Shown: positions 1 to 8,594 of the stretch, in pieces | Numbering within the stretch: the stretch's first letter is position 1 | How the letters are laid out: the number at the start of each line of letters is the position of its first letter | Origin: a virus | Taxonomy: Duplodnaviria > Heunggongvirae > Uroviricota > Caudoviricetes | IMG/VR virus record: IMGVR_UViG_2700989544_000010 | Direction: 5' to 3' (one strand) | DNA length: 17,037 nucleotides | Made by a program: the position numbers and the translations under genes | Notes under the pieces: generated by a model | Databases searched by the model: none | What the model was told of the DNA's origin: nothing | The model's input: only the letters and a program-made list of their open reading frames with translations

Positions 1-264
1 GGTTTCAGCTCCGGAGGACTCAAAGCCTTCCGGTGGTGTCTGCTCCTGCTCCCCGGCACGCCAGACCGCAGTCACACCGTGTATCACGGGATTACCGTCC
101 GTGTCCGTCAGCGGGGTTTTGTTCACCAGGATACTCTGCAGTCCCTTCACCGGGCCTTCTATCGGTCCCTCACCAATCGCATCAATCACACTCATCATCT
201 GCGTGGACTTAAGATTGTCCTTTGCCTCAACCGGCGTGTGCGCCCTGCCGCCACCTTTACCCAT
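1..264 (-). CDS. J: Tail tip / host-specificity protein J homolog, N-terminal fragment (continues beyond left edge of window)
   Basis: Minus-strand ATG at 264..262 opens a frame reading [52 protein letters not shown]..., which matches the remembered N-terminus of lambda gpJ. The frame is open to the window edge. Not in the ORF track because it is partial. Confidence 0.8.
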   Translation of the reverse strand, partial: MGKGGGRAHTPVEAKDNLKSTQMMSVIDAIGEGPIEGPVKGLQSILVNKTPLTDTDGNPVIHGVTAVWRAGEQEQTPPEGFESSGAET

Positions 265-397
265 AATGTTCATCTCAATTGGTATTATTAATCGCAGTGA
301 TAGGATATTGCACAGCTATTGCGCGATATCATCAGAACGCTGTTTGTTACCCTGTAACCAGCAAGCTCAGTCTGTTAACGGAATTAATGAGGGTTTT

Positions 398-925
398 ATG
401 AAATGTAAAATCATTGCTGCCATTGCCATGCTGACAGCAGCATCATGCGGATACGCAGCAGAACAGGAAGTCCCAATGAACCTTGTCAGTGCTGACGGAA
501 AAGAAGTCAGCATTGGAAAAATAACCATTCAGGAGACCCCCTACGGTCTGCTGTTCACACCAGCCCTTCACTCTCTGTCTGAAGGCATTCATGGTTTTCA
601 TGTGCACGAAAAAGGAAATTGCGCCCCGGCACTAAAAGACGGAAAACCGGTCGCAGCATTATCGGCTGGCGGTCACTTTGACCCGAAAAACACCGGCAAA
701 CATCTTGGCCCCTGGTCTCCGGATGGACACCTGGGCGACCTCCCTGCGCTGTTCGTGACGCATGACGGAAAAGCGAACTACCCGGTCCTGGCCCCGAGAC
801 TGAACTCATTAAAAGAGATTAAAGGGCGTTCTCTCATGCTTCATGCTGGCGGTGATAACCATCATGACCATCCGGAGCCCCTGGGCGGTGGTGGTGCGAG
901 AATGGCCTGCGGCATCATTCAATAA
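398..925 (+). CDS. sodC: Periplasmic Cu,Zn superoxide dismutase (phage-borne SodC)
   Basis: ATG at 398 is in frame with track ORF 101..925, with GAGGG about 5 nt upstream. N-terminus [20 protein letters not shown] looks like a signal peptide. Conserved Cu/Zn-SOD blocks are present: [39 protein letters not shown] and C-terminal [12 protein letters not shown]. The part of the track ORF upstream of 398 has no SOD similarity. Confidence 0.9.
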   Translation: MKCKIIAAIAMLTAASCGYAAEQEVPMNLVSADGKEVSIGKITIQETPYGLLFTPALHSLSEGIHGFHVHEKGNCAPALKDGKPVAALSAGGHFDPKNTGKHLGPWSPDGHLGDLPALFVTHDGKANYPVLAPRLNSLKEIKGRSLMLHAGGDNHHDHPEPLGGGGARMACGIIQ

Positions 926-932
926 TCAGTCA

Positions 933-960
933 GGTAAGGGGCGGGCCCCTTACCTTTATT
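933..960 (+). terminator. Putative intrinsic terminator of sodC (9-bp GC-rich stem GGTAAGGGG/CCCCTTACC, 4-nt loop, then TTTATT)
   Basis: Perfect inverted repeat 933..941 / 946..954 starting 8 nt after the sodC stop codon, followed by a T-rich tract on the plus strand only. Confidence 0.5.
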
Positions 961-1073
961 CCTCAGGACGATAAATCCTTTCTCCCTGAAAAGAACGGCA
1001 CATCCTCCCTCTCTGGGTTAATGTTTTTGTCGTGACATAAGAATAATTCCTTACACTCAATCTTCGTAACGCT

Positions 1074-1110
1074 CCCGCAGTTCCTGTCCGTGAGCACTGC
1101 GGGATTTTTT
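1074..1110 (+). terminator. Second plus-strand terminator-like hairpin (CCCGCAGT ... ACTGCGGG followed by ATTTTTTCGCTTTT)
   Basis: 8-bp inverted repeat 1074..1081 / 1096..1103 with a 14-nt loop and a T6 run on the plus strand. It lies just outside the stop codon of I (1116..1118). On the minus strand no U-tract follows, so it is unidirectional. Confidence 0.4.
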
Positions 1111-1115
1111 CGCTT

Positions 1116-1796
1116 TTATGCCTGCCGCCCGATAACCACCACCTTCCCGTCACCGCCTTCATCACGGGTACTGATGTCCTGGGATATACGGCGGGAGCCA
1201 ACCAGCATTTCCCCGTAAGGCACCGGCATCGGGTTCCCCTGGGCAATCATGTTATCCAGCGAGGAAAAGTACGTGTTCTGTCTGCCGTTATCCGTTGCGC
1301 GGTAATCCGGTACTTTAGCCTTCGGGGCAAGCATCTGAGCCACACCACCCAGTATCATGCTGGCTCCAAGTGAAAACAGCATCGTGGTGGCAGAAAAACC
1401 ACCGGCTGCCAGGGCTGAACCCCATAACGCCATTGATGCCCCGGCAGTGAAGAAAGAGCCCACGATGGCTGCCGCCCCCAGCACAATCTGCAGTCCACCC
1501 TTTCCGGCCCCGGCCAGTCGCGGCACAATGTGGATGACCGTTCCCTCACCCAGCTGTTCGTGAAGACGGGCGTACACCGCCTCCGGTGCCGTGTCCTCAC
1601 CGCGAATACGTATCTGGTACCAGCCTTCGTTCATCTGACGGCGGAATCCCGGCATCTGCATCGACAGGGCACGGATGGCTTCCGCTGCCGTGTTCACATA
1701 CAGGCTGAGGCGGCGGCCAAATCGTTGTAAATCCCCGTGAAGGCAGATACGTGCCAGTGGCGGTGACGCCAGGCTGAATGCGTTCGTCGTTGCCAT
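1116..1796 (-). CDS. I: Tail tip assembly protein I homolog
   Basis: Track ORF 1116..1796 (226 aa): MATTNAFSLASPPLARICLHGDLQRFGRR... with a hydrophobic Gly/Ala-rich centre and C-terminal NTYFSSLDNMIAQGN, matching remembered lambda gpI. Confidence 0.85.
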   Translation of the reverse strand: MATTNAFSLASPPLARICLHGDLQRFGRRLSLYVNTAAEAIRALSMQMPGFRRQMNEGWYQIRIRGEDTAPEAVYARLHEQLGEGTVIHIVPRLAGAGKGGLQIVLGAAAIVGSFFTAGASMALWGSALAAGGFSATTMLFSLGASMILGGVAQMLAPKAKVPDYRATDNGRQNTYFSSLDNMIAQGNPMPVPYGEMLVGSRRISQDISTRDEGGDGKVVVIGRQA

Positions 1797-2437
1797 TTTT
1801 CGGAATACCTCTCCCGTTTACTCAGTTGTTCAGGCAGATGGTGAAGCAGCTCACCGTTGCCGCAGTATATGGCGGCATGATTGGCCACCGATGCGCCAAA
1901 GCAGCACAGCAGGATATCGCCAGGCTGTGCGGAAGGCAGGGAAATCCTGTAAAAACCAGTCGCCGCCATATTGTCCAGGTAAAGGTTCTGACCGTTGCGC
2001 CACCAGTCATCCTCACGCACAAAATCCGGCAGCGTTATCCCCGCCAGATGGTATGCATCCCGGAACAGGGTGTAACAGTCCGTCACCCCGTGCTCAAAAC
2101 GACGCCCGGTCAGGTGCGGCACACAGCGGAATTTGTGAATTTCCCCCCGGCAGACCAGCCACCAGGGCAGGGCACTCTTTATCTGCAGCCGCCGGTCCGC
2201 CTCGCTCAGCCAGGGCAGACCACCAGGGTGGCTGTGAACCAGCGCCACAATCTCCCCCTGCATCTCTGCCTGCAGCCAGTCTTCCGGCGCAATACGAAAA
2301 TACGCCTCCGGCTCTGCAGAGATATTCACACAAGGGATATACCGTTCCCCCTCCGGCGTGCTTATCACGAAGCCGCACGACTCCGCAGGCGCACACCGCC
2401 GGGCATGCGCCAGAATCGCTGATTCAGTCTGTGTCAT
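1694..2437 (-). CDS. K: Tail tip assembly protein K homolog (JAB/MPN-like plus NlpC/P60-like domains)
   Basis: Internal ATG at 2437..2435 of track ORF 1694..2698 starts MTQTESAILAHARRC.... It contains a JAMM-like motif EIVALVHSHPGGLPWLSEAD and NlpC/P60-like Cys/His context (DCYTLFRDAYH ... NHAAIY). The 3' end overlaps I by about 100 nt in another frame, as I recall for lambda K/I. The track ORF residues upstream of MTQTES are judged non-coding extension. Confidence 0.85.
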   Translation of the reverse strand: MTQTESAILAHARRCAPAESCGFVISTPEGERYIPCVNISAEPEAYFRIAPEDWLQAEMQGEIVALVHSHPGGLPWLSEADRRLQIKSALPWWLVCRGEIHKFRCVPHLTGRRFEHGVTDCYTLFRDAYHLAGITLPDFVREDDWWRNGQNLYLDNMAATGFYRISLPSAQPGDILLCCFGASVANHAAIYCGNGELLHHLPEQLSKRERYSEKWQRRTHSAWRHRHWHVSAFTGIYNDLAAASACM

Positions 2438-2447
2438 AAAACAGGAT

Positions 2448-3147
2448 TTACTGCGAAAGTTTATTGATGGAAAGGAAACCGCCAAAATTGACCGCCATGC
2501 CGCGCATCTCACACCCGCGCATGCATTTACTGCATCTGTCCTTCCGGATATCCGTGGTGGGTTTATCGAACTCATCCGCCACAGCCCCGCCCGTGTAACC
2601 ACACTCATCAGAGCGGTAGGTCCACATACAGGTGTTCGCCAGCATGATACGACCGGGAAACAGCGCTCCGTCCGTCTCGGTCGGTGTGGCCAGCACAAAC
2701 GAGGCCGTCATGGCTGTCAGCTGCGACATCTGCTCCACCACCCAGCGGTCGCTCAGCTCCTGCTCCGGGTCCGCTTCCGGATTGCCCGCCACAAAATTCA
2801 CCGCATCCAGAAAACGGGCATACACCCGGCGGCGGACCACCGTGGCCCCCCACCAGGCTCTGCAGGTCCTCCGCCATCCCGGTGACCAGACCAAACAGAT
2901 TGGACACCGTCAGCGACGGTCTGGCACTGCTGCCCTTCCCGTTCATCTCAAAGCCACTGCCGTCAATCGGGTATGCCTGATATTGCCGCCCCTGCCAGGT
3001 GACCGCCTCCCCTTTTTCATTCAGCTCATTGCAGAAAAAATACCGCTCACCACCCTGTACCGTCAGGTCGATTTCCCAGAGTACCACCCGCGGTGACTGC
3101 TCTGATTTAACCGACTCGTTCAGACTTTCTTCGTGAATATCCTGCAT
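2448..3147 (-). pseudogene. L: Tail tip protein L homolog, disrupted by a frameshift near 2843..2852
   Basis: The N-terminal 101 codons (MQDIHEESLNE...MAEDLQSLVGG) are in the frame of track ORF 2608..3147. The remainder (ATVVRRRVYARFLDAVNFV...GGFLSINKLSQ) is in the frame of track ORF 2448..2894. The two halves together recapitulate lambda gpL. The switch occurs at a G6/C6 homopolymer (plus-strand CCCCCC at about 2846..2851). Confidence 0.8.
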
Positions 3148-3476
3148 CAGTTCACCACCTGCTTAAACTCGGCACTGAATTCAACCCGCAGCATGCGAAC
3201 CCGTGATGACCAGGCGGCACAGGTCACCTTTATCTGCCGCTAGGCATAAGGCGGTGTCCACAGAAACGCCTTCCAGCCACCGTGCTCTGCCAGGAATGCC
3301 TCCAGATGTCGGGCCTCCTCCCGGGTCACGGAAAGCGTCACACGGTATGTTTTCAGGTCAGCATTCAGCCCCGCCGCCATACGCTGCGAATACCCGTCAC
3401 CAAAACGCACTTCACGCACCGATGGCTGCGAGTTCACCTCCATATCCGGCTTCACTTTCCAGCGAAATGTTTTCAT
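3147..3476 (-). pseudogene. M: Tail protein M homolog interrupted by an in-frame TAG (amber) codon at 3242..3240
   Basis: Track ORF 3240..3476 gives MKTFRWKVKPDMEV...FLWTPPYA then TAG. Reading on in the same frame gives RQIKVTCAAWSSRVRMLRVEFSAEFKQVVN, ending at TGA 3149..3147, which overlaps the L start ATG. Both halves match lambda gpM, and the TAG sits where lambda has Trp in my recollection. Confidence 0.8.
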
Positions 3477-6028
3477 CGCCTGCCTCCGGAAAAGACGCCG
3501 CCATCACGCATCTGCGCCTGAATCTCATCCTGCGCCCCCTTGCGGGCCATGTCATACACCGCCTTCATCAGCTGCGGCCCCGCCTGTCCGTTGGTGCCGT
3601 CGTTCTGAATCACCACGTGATTGTTCTGATTAAAATTAATGCCTTCCGTCCGCCGCATCTGCGCCGGACTTCCGGCACCGCCGACATAACCGCCATCCGC
3701 ATACCCCCGCATCAGACGGTACAGGTTGCCGACACCAATCCGGCTGGTTGCCTCCTTCGTGAAGACAAATTCACCACGGTGAACAATCCCCGCTGGCTCA
3801 TATTTGTCGCCGGTTCCCGTAAATCCTCCGGTTGCAAAATGGAATTTCGCCGCAGCGGCCTGAATGGCTGTACCGCCTGACGCGGATGCGCCGCCACCAA
3901 CAGCCCCGCCAATGGCACTACCGATACTCCCGACTATCCCCACCATCGCCTGCTTCAGAAAAATCTCTGTCAGCATGGAGAGCACAGAACGGGTGAAACC
4001 ACGCCAGTTCTGTTCGCTGCCGGTCAGCATCGCTGCCATATTCTGTGCAATACCGTCAAAGGTCTGCGTGGCCACGCTTTTAACCTGCGAAAAACTGTCC
4101 GTCGCACTTTCTGCCCACTCGCCCCAGCCGGACTTCAGACCGGCCATCCAGCTTCCACGAAGCTGCTCCTCCGCAGACCAGGTGTTCTTCAGTGCAGATG
4201 TGGCCTTCGCCAGCGCATCCGGATTATCACCGTACACGTCACGAAGGCGCTGCTCTTCCGACTCCCGCTGCGCCTGACGGTCGGTGAGGCCGCGGGCTTT
4301 TGCGCTGATGGCTGCCTGCTTCGCGCTCTGCTGCTGTTCAAACCGCGCCGCCTGCTGTGCCAGCTCATTCAGCCGTTTCTGGTGTTCAACCTTGTCGCCA
4401 AGCTCAGCCAGCTGGCGTTTGTACTCCAGCGTCTCTTTCTCATGGGCCAGCAGGGATTTTTCCTGCTCAGATAACTGGCGTTTCGTGGCAGCCTCTTTCA
4501 GGACCGCATACTGATTTTCCGCTTTCCATAAATCGCGACGCTGCTGGCTGATTTTCTCATTCGCACCGCTGTGTTTTTCCAGCGTCCGGAGCTCGGTTTC
4601 AAGCGCCAGCAGGGCTGCATGCGCCCGGTCTTCCTGGCGCTCACCGGCAGACACCTTCACAGCAGATGGCTTTTTCAGCGTCGACTCATAATCCTTTTTC
4701 GCCGCCGCCATCAGCGTGTTGTAATCCGCCTGCAGGATTTTCCCGTCCTTCAGTGCCTTGTTCAGTTCTTCCTGACGGGCGGTATATTTCTCCAGCGGCG
4801 TCTGCAGCCGTTCGTAAGCTTTCTGCGCCTCTTCGGTATATTTCAGCCGTGACGCTTCAGTATCGCTCTGCTGCTGCGCATTTTTGTCCTGTTGACTCTG
4901 CTGTTCAGCCTTCTTTCTCGCGGCTTCAAGCGCAAGACGGGCCTTTTCACGATCATCCCAGTAACGCGCCCGCGCTTCATCGTTAACAAAATAATCATCC
5001 TTGCGCAGACTCCAGATGTCGTCCGCTTTCTTAAACGCAGCCTCTGCCTTAATCAGCATCTCCTGAGCGGTATCAGGACGACCAATATCCAGCACCGCAT
5101 CCCACATGGATTTGAATGCCCGTGCTGTCCTGTCTGCCCAGGTCTCTAGCGTACCCATGTTCTCTTTCAGGCGGCGGGTCTGGTCATCAAATCCTTTCGT
5201 CGCGGCCTCGTTCGCCGCCTGCAATGCCCCGGCTTCATCGCCGGAACGCTGCAACTGAGCAACATACGCAATCTGCTCCGCCGTCACGTTATGGAACTGG
5301 CGTGCCATCGCTGTCAGCCCTGACGTCGGGTCTGTGGTCAGCTTCCCGAAGGCTTCAGCGACCTTGTCCACCTCCACGCCGGATGCAGAGGAGAAACGCG
5401 CCACACTCTGGCTGATGGATGCAATCTGAGCCTCACCGCTTACTCCCGCCTTAACCAGTGCGCTGAGTGACTCGCTGGTCTGGTTAAACGTCAGCCCTGC
5501 CGCCTGCCCGGCTCTGGACAGGACCAGCATACGATCTGCCGTCAGACCCGACTGATTGCCGGAAAGGACCAGCGTTTTGTTGAAATCGGACAGGGTTGAG
5601 TTGCCCTGATACCAGGCATACGCCAGCGCACCTGTCGCCACCGCCAGCGAGGTGACCCCGACCATCGGCAGGGTGATCGCACCGGCAAGCCCCCTGAACA
5701 TGGGGATCATCCCGCCGAAGGAGTCCTTCACCTGACCGCCCTGTTGCAGCAGGATCAGCCAGGGATTCTGACCACCGGCAAGCTGCGTGGCGATATCCGT
5801 AAACTGTGCGGGCAGGGTTCGCATGGCCGCTTTATACTGCCCGACGGAAATCCCGGCTTTTTGTGCAGCCAGCGCCTGACGACTCAGGTTCTGCTCAACG
5901 ACACCGGCGGTTTTTCTGGCGTCAGTCTCCAGTCCGGAAAAATGACGCCTTACCCGGCTCATCTGCTCATCGAAACGGACCGCATCCAGACTCAGGTCAA
6001 TAACAAGATCACCAACCGGCTGGGACAT
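3473..6028 (-). CDS. H: Tail tape measure protein H homolog
   Basis: Track ORF 3473..6028 (851 aa): MSQPVGDLVIDLSLDAVRFDEQMSRVRRHFSG... is near-collinear with remembered lambda gpH. Its stop overlaps the M start (ATGA). Confidence 0.9.
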   Translation of the reverse strand: MSQPVGDLVIDLSLDAVRFDEQMSRVRRHFSGLETDARKTAGVVEQNLSRQALAAQKAGISVGQYKAAMRTLPAQFTDIATQLAGGQNPWLILLQQGGQVKDSFGGMIPMFRGLAGAITLPMVGVTSLAVATGALAYAWYQGNSTLSDFNKTLVLSGNQSGLTADRMLVLSRAGQAAGLTFNQTSESLSALVKAGVSGEAQIASISQSVARFSSASGVEVDKVAEAFGKLTTDPTSGLTAMARQFHNVTAEQIAYVAQLQRSGDEAGALQAANEAATKGFDDQTRRLKENMGTLETWADRTARAFKSMWDAVLDIGRPDTAQEMLIKAEAAFKKADDIWSLRKDDYFVNDEARARYWDDREKARLALEAARKKAEQQSQQDKNAQQQSDTEASRLKYTEEAQKAYERLQTPLEKYTARQEELNKALKDGKILQADYNTLMAAAKKDYESTLKKPSAVKVSAGERQEDRAHAALLALETELRTLEKHSGANEKISQQRRDLWKAENQYAVLKEAATKRQLSEQEKSLLAHEKETLEYKRQLAELGDKVEHQKRLNELAQQAARFEQQQSAKQAAISAKARGLTDRQAQRESEEQRLRDVYGDNPDALAKATSALKNTWSAEEQLRGSWMAGLKSGWGEWAESATDSFSQVKSVATQTFDGIAQNMAAMLTGSEQNWRGFTRSVLSMLTEIFLKQAMVGIVGSIGSAIGGAVGGGASASGGTAIQAAAAKFHFATGGFTGTGDKYEPAGIVHRGEFVFTKEATSRIGVGNLYRLMRGYADGGYVGGAGSPAQMRRTEGINFNQNNHVVIQNDGTNGQAGPQLMKAVYDMARKGAQDEIQAQMRDGGVFSGGRR

Positions 6029-6880
6029 ATCTCACACCTCCGGAAATCCCCGCTGAAGCCATCATTAATGCGGCATCATCCACCATGACATCCGCCACAT
6101 CCGCAGACGATAAAATCTCACGCCCACCGTCCCCACCAAACCGTACGCCTCCGGCAAGTCCTGCCGCTTTCTGCATCAGCATTTTTTCCTCATCCGGCAT
6201 CTCCGTCTGCGCTTCCTCACGCCGGGGGGCAAGCAGACTGAAATCAGAGGGATGCATATCCGGATCGCAAAAAAACAGGCTGAGTACGGCGTACGTCAGC
6301 CCGGAAAAATGCATATCCAGTTGGGTATCGAGAAAATAATGCGTACGGTAAAAATGTCGCCAGTCGGCATATTCGGTGGATGTCATCCCGGCAAGCATGG
6401 CGCGCCAGTCAGGCCTCCCCATCTCACGCGCCAGTCTGAGGGCAAAATTCAGCTCGCCGTCGAAGACTTTCCCGCAGAAAAATCATCATCAGTCAGCGCG
6501 TTATTTTTCGCCACTTCGGTGCTGTCAGTATCCGCATGAACAGCCCCGCTCATCCCGGACAGACACAACACCACATCTTCCGCCCGGGCAATGGCATCCG
6601 CAGGCCAGGTGGTGAGCACCTCCTGTTCGATCTGCATCACAGCCTCATTCATTGACGGTGATGCCGTTTTCTGCGGATGGTTATGCCACAGGGACATCGC
6701 CACCAGAAACGCGCCGGTTCTGACGAGATCTTCCACGCTTACCTGCAGGTTGCCGCTGGATTCTGCCTGTTCTGCACGCCGTTTCAGGAGGGCAAGATGC
6801 TCAATACGCTGCAGCGCAGACAATTCGGAAAGCGTGACGGACACACCGTTATATTCAAATTGTTCTGTTTTCAGAAACAT
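6009..6880 (-). CDS. G-T: Tail assembly chaperone G-T fusion made by programmed -1 ribosomal frameshift at G GGA AAG (6473..6467)
   Basis: The slippery heptamer GGGAAAG lies on the minus strand at 6473..6467 within the last codons of G. The -1 frame then reads GKVFDGELNFALRLAREMGRPDWRAMLAGMTSTEYADW..., joining track ORF 6009..6422, which matches lambda gpT. The frame arithmetic is consistent (G frame to T frame is -1). Confidence 0.75.
6449..6880 (-). CDS. G: Tail assembly chaperone G homolog
   Basis: Track ORF 6449..6880 (143 aa): MFLKTEQFEYNGVSVTLSELSALQRIEHLALLKRRAEQAES... matches lambda gpG and ends ...FSAGKSSTAS. Confidence 0.85.
   Translation of the reverse strand: MFLKTEQFEYNGVSVTLSELSALQRIEHLALLKRRAEQAESSGNLQVSVEDLVRTGAFLVAMSLWHNHPQKTASPSMNEAVMQIEQEVLTTWPADAIARAEDVVLCLSGMSGAVHADTDSTEVAKNNALTDDDFSAGKSSTAS
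6467..6473 (-). promoter_or_regulatory. Programmed -1 frameshift slippery sequence G GGA AAG
   Basis: Exact heptamer in the G reading frame (gcG GGA AAG), the same sequence and context as the lambda G-T frameshift site. Confidence 0.75.
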
Positions 6881-6893
6881 GTATTACCTCCGT

Positions 6894-7646
6894 TTACCCT
6901 GCAGCGCCCGCTTCAGTAACGGTGACTTCAGCCACTGCGGCGAACTGACCATTTCCGCTCACCACAGGGATCTGCACCTTACCTGTCGCCACGCCGTTTA
7001 CCGTAATTGTCATATCTTTCACACTAATGGTGGCTTTCGACGGATCGGCGGAAACCGCTCTGAACGTCTTGTCTGTTGCACTTTCCGGCTCAAAAGAAAC
7101 CGTCAGGGTGGTTGTTTTCCCTTTTGCCACCGTACCGGATGTCGGCGTCACCTTAATCGCACTGACCGGCGTAATTTTGCTGCGTTCTTCCGCTACAGAA
7201 GGTTTACCCACGTTAGTGACTTTCACCGTGCGGGTGATCACTTCTTTCGCCGTCACGGCCTTACCGATACTGCTGACCCAGCCACGAAACACATCCACCG
7301 TGCCATTCGGAAAACGGATTTTATAGGCCCGGACATCGCCGCTTTCAAACCAGCCTATAAGCCCTTTCTGGCCTTCCTCTCCCGGTTTCCAGGCCAGCGT
7401 AAAACTGGTATCACCTGCAGATTTCTGCCCCTGCCCGGTCGCGGTCCAGTCCGCGTCTTCATCATCCAGGTAGTTATCATCGTAGGATTCTGCCGTCATC
7501 TCGCCCGGCGTCAGATCCTTCACCTTAGCCAGTCGCTGCCAGTCATCGTCTGACAACGGGTTTGCATAAGCGTCACCCTGACCGTTGTAAACCCACAGAG
7601 TGGTACCGGCACCTTTTACCGGCTCAAGGGGATTTGGTGTTGCCAT
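6894..7646 (-). CDS. V: Major tail tube protein V homolog with C-terminal Ig-like region
   Basis: Track ORF 6894..7646 (250 aa): [50 protein letters not shown]... matches lambda gpV. The C-terminal about 80 aa is Thr/Val/Ser-rich, Ig-like. Confidence 0.9.
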   Translation of the reverse strand: MATPNPLEPVKGAGTTLWVYNGQGDAYANPLSDDDWQRLAKVKDLTPGEMTAESYDDNYLDDEDADWTATGQGQKSAGDTSFTLAWKPGEEGQKGLIGWFESGDVRAYKIRFPNGTVDVFRGWVSSIGKAVTAKEVITRTVKVTNVGKPSVAEERSKITPVSAIKVTPTSGTVAKGKTTTLTVSFEPESATDKTFRAVSADPSKATISVKDMTITVNGVATGKVQIPVVSGNGQFAAVAEVTVTEAGAAG

Positions 7647-7653
7647 ATCGTCC

Positions 7654-8049
7654 TCACATCTCGTATGTAATGGAATAAGTCAGATCTGCAGAACTCCATA
7701 ACGCCATATCGTCATCACGACGATACTCATAGCCCTGCGTAACCATCGTGGTAATCAGTCCTGCCAGTGCCGGGATCGCGGTCATCGCCGGGTAAATCCG
7801 GCTTTCCATCCACTGATCAAGCTCTGAATCCGGTACCTGTGCCGGTAAAAACACCTCAATATGCAGCGTGGCCCGCCAGGTATCTGCATCCAGCTCTTCA
7901 CCGGTATACTCTGCATCCGTCAGATAAACCGCGATCGCAGGAAAATCCTCTTCGTCAAAAACAACGGGGCGACCATCAAACAGCGTCGCCCCGTGTTCAT
8001 GCTGCTCGAGTGCATCCAGCACTGCGGCACGAATGTCAGTGTGTTTCAT
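7654..8049 (-). CDS. U: Tail terminator protein U homolog
   Basis: Track ORF 7654..8049 (131 aa): [43 protein letters not shown]... has the same length and sequence pattern as lambda gpU. Confidence 0.85.
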   Translation of the reverse strand: MKHTDIRAAVLDALEQHEHGATLFDGRPVVFDEEDFPAIAVYLTDAEYTGEELDADTWRATLHIEVFLPAQVPDSELDQWMESRIYPAMTAIPALAGLITTMVTQGYEYRRDDDMALWSSADLTYSITYEM

Positions 8050-8579
8050 CGTTTTATTGCAATCCTCAGTTGTTGTTTCAGCGCGGATGCCAGTTCTTTA
8101 GGCAGGCGTTCACGCCGGATACGGTCAACATTCTCATCAAATGCCTGTTTCAGTGGGGCCGCCATCGGGATTTTCACCACATCAATGGGGTAACGGTTTT
8201 TCCCGGCCACACGCTGCATGACATGCCAGCGACCATTTTTTAATCGCTGAATAAATGCCCGCTGATACCGATGCTGACCGGCTTTAAGTATGCTGTCCGG
8301 ACGACGCCCCGGCATCCTGATCCCCAGCTTAATCACAGGGAGATCACCGCGGTTAACGATAATTCTGGCATTCGGATTTCTGACCGTCGCCCGTTTCAGT
8401 CTGGACCGTTCCTTAACCAGTTTCCGGCGAACCTTTGTCTCCCGGGCAACCTGTGATGAAGACTGATTAATCGCCGTTGTGGCCACGCGGTTAATGGCCA
8501 TTGCTGAAGCCGCCGGAATGGCGTTTTTACGAACCCGACTCAGATTATCAATCGCCTGCTCAAGCCCTTTTATCGCCAT
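8046..8579 (-). CDS. Z: Tail completion protein Z homolog
   Basis: Track ORF 8046..8579 (177 aa): MAIKGLEQAIDNLSRVRKNAIPAASAMAINRVATTAINQSSSQVARETKVRRKL... with C-terminal NGRWHVMQRVAGKNRYPIDVVKIPMAAPL, matching lambda gpZ at both ends. It is about 15 aa shorter than lambda Z as I recall it. Confidence 0.8.
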   Translation of the reverse strand: MAIKGLEQAIDNLSRVRKNAIPAASAMAINRVATTAINQSSSQVARETKVRRKLVKERSRLKRATVRNPNARIIVNRGDLPVIKLGIRMPGRRPDSILKAGQHRYQRAFIQRLKNGRWHVMQRVAGKNRYPIDVVKIPMAAPLKQAFDENVDRIRRERLPKELASALKQQLRIAIKR

Positions 8580-8594
8580 AATTTCACCCTGCGT

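Noticed and set aside
101-397. N-terminal 99 codons of track ORF 101..925, upstream of the sodC ATG
   Set aside because: This part overlaps the J start on the opposite strand and has no SOD-like sequence. The ATG at 398 has an RBS and starts a typical signal peptide, so the upstream extension is just open frame.
956-1246. Minus-strand ORF of 96 aa overlapping the 3' end of I
   Set aside because: It overlaps the well-supported I gene in another frame, is Arg/Cys-rich with no recognisable features, and has no RBS. Judged a chance ORF.
2438-2698. Upstream extension of the K ORF to 2698
   Set aside because: The extension overlaps the 3' part of L in another frame and has no similarity to K. K-like sequence starts at MTQTES (ATG 2437).
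2840-2855. Possibility that the L frame switch is a programmed ribosomal frameshift
   Set aside because: There is no slippery heptamer of the X XXY YYZ type at the junction, and lambda L is a single uninterrupted frame. A homopolymer indel is the simpler explanation.
1778-2885. Plus-strand ORFs of 175-214 aa antisense to K and L
   Set aside because: Same reasoning: they are antisense to recognisable tail genes and have no RBS or conserved motifs.
3864-5415. Several plus-strand ORFs (64-137 aa) antisense to the tape measure gene H
   Set aside because: All lie within the antisense strand of the 851-codon H gene. Their Pro/Ser/Ala/Cys/Arg-rich composition is typical of spurious antisense ORFs.
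6591-7553. Plus-strand ORF of 320 aa antisense to G and V
   Set aside because: It lies entirely antisense to two strongly supported lambda-like genes and is Arg/Cys-rich, as is typical for antisense frames of GC-rich coding DNA.
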